From the IMG/VR virus record IMGVR_UViG_3300020219_000012, positions 36,343-100,342 of that record: 64,000 bases of DNA. The stretch is one strand, 5' to 3'. The position numbers and the translations under genes were made by a program. The notes beneath the pieces are model-generated. The model was given only the letters and a program-made list of their open reading frames with translations, was not told the DNA's origin and did not search any database. Positions 57,865 through 64,000 of the stretch are shown piece after piece; position 1 is the first letter of the stretch; each line of letters starts with the position of its first letter. The stretch is from a virus.

Positions 57865-58050
57865 TCACAGCTGGCGCCGCCCGGACCGCCTCGCCCGCGC
57901 GAGCGCCGACTCGCGCAGGTACTCGCAGGTGCTGACGTCGGCCGCGGCAGCGTCGATCACGGCTAGCTCGTCCGGCGTGAGACGCACCAGGACGGCGTTG
58001 GTGCGACCCGTGGAGGGGCGGCCCGGGCCGCGGCGGGCAGGGGTGGTCAC
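57865..58050 (-). CDS. AT-hook/RHH DNA-binding protein
   Basis: RGPGRP..VLVRLTPDELAVIDAAA..EYLRESAL. Confidence 0.65.
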   Translation of the reverse strand: MTTPARRGPGRPSTGRTNAVLVRLTPDELAVIDAAAADVSTCEYLRESALARARRSGRRQL

Positions 58051-58351
58051 GCGGTCATCTCGCGCTCGGCCACCCGCGCAACCTCGTGCGCGTAGTCTGA
58101 CCACGCGCCTAGTCGGTCCCGGTCGTCGCCGTCCACGCCGGCCCGGCAGGCCGAGAGCAGCCCCGCGAGAGACAGGGCGCCGGCCACGACCTGGTCAATG
58201 TCGCCGTCGATGGCATCTGACGTGTACCCGGCGCCTACCATGCCGGTCTCCTCCAGCGATGACACGGCGTCGGCCGAGAGCGAAAGAGTGCGGCCGGCGG
58301 GGGTGATGATTTTCAGGTTTGTCATGGTCGTGGTCCTCGGTGCGGGGATGG

Positions 58352-58927
58352 TCATGCGACGCCAGCCTCGGCGAGCGCCTCAGCAGCGCGGGCGCGGCTC
58401 GCGGTGTCGTAGCTGGCGTAGTAGATCTCGGTGTACCGTGGGCCCTCCACGCCGGCGTATGTGTGCGCGGCGGCGCTCCGGGCCGCATCGTCCCAGCCCT
58501 CGACGTAGATCGGCTCCGTCGGATCCTCGGCGATCTGGGCCTCGACAGCGGCCACGCCGTCCCGGGCGCCCAGCGTGACGGCGCGCGCCTCGCGGGGGTC
58601 GGCGATCCCGGTGGCCTCGACATGCGCGATCGACTCCTCCTGCTCGGCGATCGCCATCATCGCCCAGTCGTACTCATCCTGTCGCTCGGACGCCTCCAGA
58701 CGGAGGATCTCCTCTTCCTCCTTGGCGCTCGCCCACGCATCCCCCGCCGCGTCGGTCCTGTCGGCCCACCACGCGTCATATGTGGCCTGGACCGCGTCGA
58801 CGGCGGCATCGTGGGCCTCGTCGGCGGCCTCTGACCGCTCCCTAGCGACGGACTGGATCGCCCACAGCTCCTCCAGATCGTCGGTCAGGCTGGATACCGT
58901 GGCGGTGGCGGTGTCGGTGGTGGTCAT
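58352..58927 (-). CDS. Acidic Ala-rich hypothetical (early-type) protein
   Basis: GAGGA RBS; MTTTDT start. Confidence 0.55.
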   Translation of the reverse strand: MTTTDTATATVSSLTDDLEELWAIQSVARERSEAADEAHDAAVDAVQATYDAWWADRTDAAGDAWASAKEEEEILRLEASERQDEYDWAMMAIAEQEESIAHVEATGIADPREARAVTLGARDGVAAVEAQIAEDPTEPIYVEGWDDAARSAAAHTYAGVEGPRYTEIYYASYDTASRARAAEALAEAGVA

Positions 58928-58973
58928 GGTGTCCTCTTGTGGTGGTGGTGCCGCGCGGTGGTGGCGGGATGCT

Positions 58974-59570
58974 TCACGGGGACACCGGGGAAAACCGAAG
59001 GCCCCATGCCGCTTCAAGCGCCTCGTGGTGCTCGACCGCAACGTGGTCTTTCATGCCCGTTGACTCGAGGGTCGCACCGTAGAACCCCCAACAGGAGTCA
59101 CCCACGGCGGGATCTTCGCGACGGACTCGGGTGTCACAGGTACCGCACACGATCTCCTCAACCGACGCGATCACGTACCCCCAGACATCGCCAGACAGAT
59201 AAACAGAATACGCCTGGACTTCTGCGGTCAGGCACTTGCGCACCTTGTCGCGAATGGACCGTGTGATCTTCTGCACTCCGTGGCACTTGCGGATCGCGGC
59301 GGGTGTTGCGACGATCACGCCAACCTGCCCGGAATCCCACGCGCAAGAGACTCTCGTGGTGGACATACGGAGTCCTCCGTGGTCGTACAGGTACACGGGT
59401 AGGACCACGGATCCCTTTGGTGCGTGCTCCTTGATCCACTCGGTCGGTTCCTCGTCTGGCTGGGTGTCTCCGAGTGTGTGGCGACGATGCCAACAAGCCA
59501 GGAGGCCAAGGGTATCGAACTCGCGGGGGTCGGTTGGATCGTTGTCCGGTAGCACTTTGACGGTAATCAT
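58974..59570 (-). CDS. Conserved phage early protein of unknown function
   Basis: PREFD..HRRHTLGD..LPVYLYDHGG..WDSGQVG..DSCWGFYG. Confidence 0.7.
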   Translation of the reverse strand: MITVKVLPDNDPTDPREFDTLGLLACWHRRHTLGDTQPDEEPTEWIKEHAPKGSVVLPVYLYDHGGLRMSTTRVSCAWDSGQVGVIVATPAAIRKCHGVQKITRSIRDKVRKCLTAEVQAYSVYLSGDVWGYVIASVEEIVCGTCDTRVRREDPAVGDSCWGFYGATLESTGMKDHVAVEHHEALEAAWGLRFSPVSP

Positions 59571-59762
59571 TGTGAAATCTCCATATCCGAGGGACGGCAG
59601 ACAGGGCACGGCCCTGGGCCGCGATGGTCGGACGTGCACGTCTCGCGCGCCATGAAGATGGCCCGCGCGTCGACGGCGGCGCTGTATGCGTCCCATGCGG
59701 CGTCGGAGGCGGTGGTCATGGTGGCGGTCCTTGGTGCGGGTGGGGGTCTCTCGTCGACCGTA

Positions 59763-59809
59763 AATAGACGATAGCGACTATCGGGCGTGGCGTGAATAGA
59801 CGATAGCGA
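59763..59809. repeat. 15-bp direct repeat (operator-like)
   Basis: AATAGACGATAGCGA at 59763 and 59795. Confidence 0.7.
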
Positions 59810-59877
59810 TAAATCGACTGGCCGGCCCGGGGGAGGGCACGGCGTCGGCGTCGGGAGGGCGCAGACGGGGCAGGGCG

Positions 59878-60486
59878 TCATGCGCCGCGCAACGCGCGCG
59901 CCGACCGCGCGATCGAAATCAGGACGTCGCGAAATTCAATGGGCGACCGCGACGCCTCGCGCTTGCCTACGCGTGGGCGCACCTCGCCGCTTTTTACATG
60001 ATTGCCGCACCAGCTCACGAGGGCACCGGCCTTGTGCGCCGACGAGCCCCAGCGCAGCGGCGGCAACTCGACGCCGAACGCGTAGAGCCACGTGGCTTTC
60101 TTCGCGACGTGGCCGTACCGATGCTGTTCGACGTGGGCCGACCACCCGCCGCATGTCCCGCGCTGCCATCCGCCGCCACGTGGAGGGACCGGCAGGCCAA
60201 ACGCCGGCCACGCGTCGCTGTATGCCGGGTGCTCGAGCACACCCCCGACGCGCCGAACGTTCGCCAGCGCCGACGCGAAGCACCCGCCGTCTTCGCCGCG
60301 CTTGTGGCCCCATCGCGCCTCGACGAGCCCGGCGAGCCGACACCATCGCGAGCACGGCGGGTGTGCCACGACTGGCCACGGACCGGCGTAGAGCCGCGCA
60401 TCGCGTGCCTCGTCCCACGGGTCGACGTCGGGCAGTCCCTGATACACGCCGCGCGGCGCGGGCTCGACGTATAGGGCTGCGATCAC
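59878..60486 (-). CDS. Atypical cytosine-methyltransferase-like protein
   Basis: VVAHPPC, GGVLEHP and GHVAKKATWL. Confidence 0.55.
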   Translation of the reverse strand: MIAALYVEPAPRGVYQGLPDVDPWDEARDARLYAGPWPVVAHPPCSRWCRLAGLVEARWGHKRGEDGGCFASALANVRRVGGVLEHPAYSDAWPAFGLPVPPRGGGWQRGTCGGWSAHVEQHRYGHVAKKATWLYAFGVELPPLRWGSSAHKAGALVSWCGNHVKSGEVRPRVGKREASRSPIEFRDVLISIARSARALRGA

Positions 60487-61415
60487 ACCCCACCACCCTC
60501 GGCGACGGCGCGCATCCGCAGCTCGGCGATCAGCGCGTCCCGCTCGGCCCGCAGCGCGGCGATCTCGTCGTCGGCACGCACCTCGTCGCGGTGGGCGTGC
60601 TCGGCGACCCAGGCGATCACGTTTCCACCACGGATCAGGCCGGCCCGCAGCGACGCGATCTGCGCGTCCCGCTCCGTCGCCGCGTCGAGCAGCGCCGGGA
60701 GCGCGTCGAAGACCATGGCGGTGAAATGCGACTCCCACCGATCCAGCGCGACCTCGGAGGGACACGCGGCCTCTTGTGTGTACCCGTGCGGGCAGCACGC
60801 GTCCTCGTCGGCCTCGTCGTAGCACAGCCCGGACGGCGCCTCGGCCAGGAGCGCCCGCAGCGCGGCGACCTGCTCGGGGGTGATGGGGTCACTCATGATC
60901 GCTCTCCTTGTTGATCTGCAGATCGGCGCGACGCCGAGCTTCCTTGAGCTTGCCGATAAATTCCTGCATGTCGCGAGCTAGACCCTCGCGTGCGGCGATC
61001 GCCGACTCCAGAACGTCGAGGCGATCTCCGATTATCGTTTCCTCGAGCTGGTCCATCTGCCGATCCAGGTAGCGCAGGCGCGCGGCCTGCGCTCTGGTGG
61101 TCGCCCCTTGGAGCTCCATTTGTGCGAGCACGCTGCGTTCTTCGGCGATCTGGGCGTACCTCGCGACCTGCGCGGGGGTGATGTCAGCCACGGTCCACCT
61201 CCACGGTGGGCAGATCGTCGACGTAGATGTTCGGCGTCTCACCCTTGTGCGCGAGCGATGACACGCGCAGTCCGGGGCGGCGCTCCTCGGCCACCGCGAG
61301 CGCGCGCGCAGCCGTCGAGGCCAACACATGGACCGTGACGTTCGTGCGCCATTGCTTGGCCGGCGTCGGCGGCATCGACCCGGCGATCACCCACAGGCGC
61401 AGATTGTCTGGCAGG

Positions 61416-61922
61416 TCACTCATTGGAATCCTCCTTATCGGCGAAGTGCTGCTCGATCGCGTCGGCGATCTCGCCACCCGCATGACGGGACCACCTCGCC
61501 CACCCGGTGGCGCGCATTCCGCCCGGGTCTTGCGGACCGGCGCACAGGAACGCCACCACCTCCTCGATGACCTTGCGGCGCTCGTCGGCGACGGCGACGC
61601 GCACCCGCGAAGGAATCATCGTCTCCGTGGCGAACGTCTCGAACTGCGCGCGGTCGCGCTCGACGTAGACCGCGTTGGTCTGCTCGGACTGGTCGCGGAT
61701 GAGCGCAGCGAGACGCAACACCTCGACGTTCGCCGTCAGCGCGCGGGTGCGCCAGTTAACGGGCTTGCCGGCGCACTCACCATGCATGGCAGCCCAGCAG
61801 CGATCGATCGGGCACAGGCACGCGCCCCCGTTGACGCACGTGCGCCAGGCGACGACATCGGCGGGCGTGGCGATGCGCTGGTCGCACGTCGGGCAGCGAT
61901 CCGTTGCGATGGTGTCACTCAC
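61416..61922 (-). CDS. Cys-rich RCPTCD-family paralog 4
   Basis: RCPTCD..CLCPIDRCW..C..VNWRTRAL. Confidence 0.65.
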   Translation of the reverse strand: MSDTIATDRCPTCDQRIATPADVVAWRTCVNGGACLCPIDRCWAAMHGECAGKPVNWRTRALTANVEVLRLAALIRDQSEQTNAVYVERDRAQFETFATETMIPSRVRVAVADERRKVIEEVVAFLCAGPQDPGGMRATGWARWSRHAGGEIADAIEQHFADKEDSNE

Positions 61923-62631
61923 TGGGATTCTCCTTGCTGCGATACGACCGCCGCGGCTGAACCGATCCCTGCGCGATTCGCTCGCACACTTCCGCGAAGG
62001 CGCGCGCGCGACCGTCAGCGATCCGCATCTGCATGTCGTTCCCCTCGGCCAGATAATCACTACTCGCACGGTTCCAAGCGCCTCCGCGCTCAACACACCA
62101 TCTGTACAGCGACGAGCGCTCGGCGTGGAGCGTCGCGAGTTTGGATAGCGCGGCGTCGCGCTCGATCGTCACCTCGTCGCGCTGCGCTCGCGCCTCGTCG
62201 CGCTCGACGATGGCCGCGGCTAGGGCTGTGGTGCGCAGATCGCGGAGCACCTCGTCGAGCCGCGCGCGCACATGGGCGCCCTGCGATCGTTCGTTGTCGC
62301 ACCGCGATCGCGCGTCGTCGCGCTCGTCAGTGAGCCGCAGCATCCCGTCCTCCGCAGCCTCGGCGCGTGCCTGCCATGCGGCCACCTCCGACGCCATCGC
62401 GCTGTAGCGGCCGGCCCACTCGTCGCGCTCGGCCTCCGCTGCCAGCGCGCGGTCGCGCCAGTGCATGCGGAGCCGGCCGACGCACTCGCCGGTCAGAGGC
62501 GACCAGCAATGGTCGCGTGGACACACGCAGGCCAGCCCGTGGTCGCAGTCCAGCGCGGTATCAATCTCGGCGAGCGAGACGCGTCGCCGGTCGCACGTCG
62601 GGCAGCGCTCTGCTGCGATGGGGTCACTCAT
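61915..62631 (-). CDS. Cys-rich RCPTCD-family paralog 3 with coiled coil
   Basis: RCPTCD..CVCPRDHCW..C..HWRDRAL. Confidence 0.65.
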   Translation of the reverse strand: MSDPIAAERCPTCDRRRVSLAEIDTALDCDHGLACVCPRDHCWSPLTGECVGRLRMHWRDRALAAEAERDEWAGRYSAMASEVAAWQARAEAAEDGMLRLTDERDDARSRCDNERSQGAHVRARLDEVLRDLRTTALAAAIVERDEARAQRDEVTIERDAALSKLATLHAERSSLYRWCVERGGAWNRASSDYLAEGNDMQMRIADGRARAFAEVCERIAQGSVQPRRSYRSKENPSE

Positions 62632-62950
62632 TTGGATTCTCCTTGTTGGCGAGATCGCGCAGCTCTAGCAGCCGTCCCTCGCTCGCCGAGTCACACTCCA
62701 GCGATGCGAGCCGGTCGCCGATGTCGCACGCCTCGAGTAGCGCGGCGCTGAGCGACTCGACCTTCGCGATGGCCTTGCGGCGCTCGTCGGCAACGGCGGC
62801 TGCGATCCGCGTCGGCTCAAGCCGGCGGTCCTTGCGGCAGTCGTAGCACTGCCGGTGCGTGTCAGCCGCGTCCGCCTCCGCAGTCTCGGCGCGTGCCTTC
62901 CATGCGGCCACCTCCGACGCGAACACGTCGGCGGGGGTGGTCTTGGTCAT
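62624..62950 (-). CDS. Mosaic protein sharing modules with its neighbours
   Basis: ASEVAAWKARAE and AVADERRK modules. Confidence 0.55.
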   Translation of the reverse strand: MTKTTPADVFASEVAAWKARAETAEADAADTHRQCYDCRKDRRLEPTRIAAAVADERRKAIAKVESLSAALLEACDIGDRLASLECDSASEGRLLELRDLANKENPNE

Positions 62951-63201
62951 TCTGTCTCCGAAGGCGACGGCGACCAGCGGAACCCCGCTAGCGCGGCTTT
63001 GGCCTCCGCTGCCAGCGCGCGTGCGCGCCAGTCGATGGGCGGTTGGCTGCACCCGCCGCCCACCAGCAGCCAGCAGCAGTCACGTGGGCACAGGCACGCG
63101 CCCCCGCTGTCTTCGCACGCCCTCCGTACGGCGTAATCGGCGAGCGAAGCTAGGCGTCGGTCGCACGTCGGGCAGCGCTCCGCTGCGATGATGTCAGACA
63201 T
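62947..63201 (-). CDS. Cys-rich RCPTCD-family paralog 2
   Basis: RCPTCD..CLCPRDCCW..C..IDWRARAL. Confidence 0.65.
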   Translation of the reverse strand: MSDIIAAERCPTCDRRLASLADYAVRRACEDSGGACLCPRDCCWLLVGGGCSQPPIDWRARALAAEAKAALAGFRWSPSPSETE

Positions 63202-63433
63202 TGGGATTCTCCTTGCTGTTGAGCCGCAACACCTCGGCCTCCGCCGTCAACGCGCGGGCGCGCCAGTCGACGCGCTCGCCGGTACACGCGCTGTGCATGG
63301 GCGCCCAGCAGCGATCGAGCGGGCACAGGCACGTGGCCCCGCCGTCGCACGCCCTCCATGCGGCGTAATCGTCGAGCTGGGCCCGGATCTGGTCGCACGT
63401 CGGGCAGCGCTCCTCCGTGCCGATCTCGGTCAC
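63194..63433 (-). CDS. Cys-rich RCPTCD-family paralog 1
   Basis: RCPTCD..CLCPLDRCW..C..VDWRARAL. Confidence 0.65.
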   Translation of the reverse strand: MTEIGTEERCPTCDQIRAQLDDYAAWRACDGGATCLCPLDRCWAPMHSACTGERVDWRARALTAEAEVLRLNSKENPNV

Positions 63434-64000
63434 AGGGGCACCCCCGGCTTCCCGGCGTTGAGGCGTGCGGCGTGACGCCGAGCCTCGGCGCGGGACCTGA
63501 ACATGGCCACTTCCGCCCACTCGTACGGATCGGCGGCATTGCGGGTATCCGAGACCGCCCACGGCATAGCGAAGGAGAGGGTGACGATGTAACGTCGTCT
63601 GGTCATGGCGTCGACCCCTTCGCGGCGATGCGCGCCTCGACGGAGCGCCAGGCGGTGAGCAGGTCGCAGGACGAACACGCGCCGGCGGCGACTCGCGTGG
63701 GCCAGTGCGTCGAGCAGCCCCACTGCTCGTCGTCAGCCCACGCCCGCAGCGGTTCCACTAGCGCGGCGAAGGCCATGGCGACGCGAGCGCAATGAGCCTC
63801 GGCGTCGTCGATGTCGCGGCCGAGCACGTTCGCCGCGTCGGTCCGGAGGTGGTCTAGGTCGACCATCACGCGTCCAGCTCCGATCGCCACGCGGCGAAGA
63901 ATTCGGCCGTGATGCGGTCGGCCGCCGCCGTTTTTGCCGCCCGCGCACACGCCGACACCGCCGCCCATGCCGCATCCGACGCCCACACCGACGCCTCAGC

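Noticed and set aside
60483-63433. Diversity-generating retroelement or integron
   Set aside because: No reverse transcriptase or integrase, no adenine-specific TR/VR pair and no attC-like palindromes were seen.
63920-64000. Second GGY-rich array
   Set aside because: It fits Ala-rich coding sequence (ASDAAWAAVSA) and has no period-5 structure.

Overview
This window is 64 kb of a large, GC-rich tailed (contractile-tail) bacteriophage genome. No integrase, terminase, portal or DNA polymerase catalytic gene is visible. Positions 1-11.7 kb (+) are a head/neck/tail module: K-x-A-motif head proteins, HK97-type major capsid, neck proteins, a 943-aa tail sheath and a tail tube. Positions 11.7-64 kb are mostly on the - strand and carry replication, recombination and nucleotide genes (exonuclease, SSB, beta-clamp, PD-(D/E)XK nuclease, Sak4-like ATPase, DinG, Tmk, ThyX, dCMP deaminase, MazG-like, rIIA/rIIB). 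They also include an AEP primase-MCM helicase fusion next to an AT-rich putative origin, a 15-tRNA array with an HNH gene, and an amidase endolysin. Most notable: (1) at 55.3-56.9 kb, a solo RAMP/Cas7-like gene and a partner gene are followed by a terminator-bounded non-coding array of GGY-NN pentamers in discrete units, a candidate RNA-guided, non-CRISPR targeting system; (2) a leader-peptide attenuator using 19 of the 20 amino acids lies in front of the tRNA array; (3) a 51-nt RNA resembles an isolated tmRNA tRNA-like domain; (4) a recurrent GGCATAAG promoter-like motif; (5) a shuffled array of Cys-rich paralogous cassettes at 60.5-63.4 kb. All calls come from motif recognition by eye; no database searches were run.
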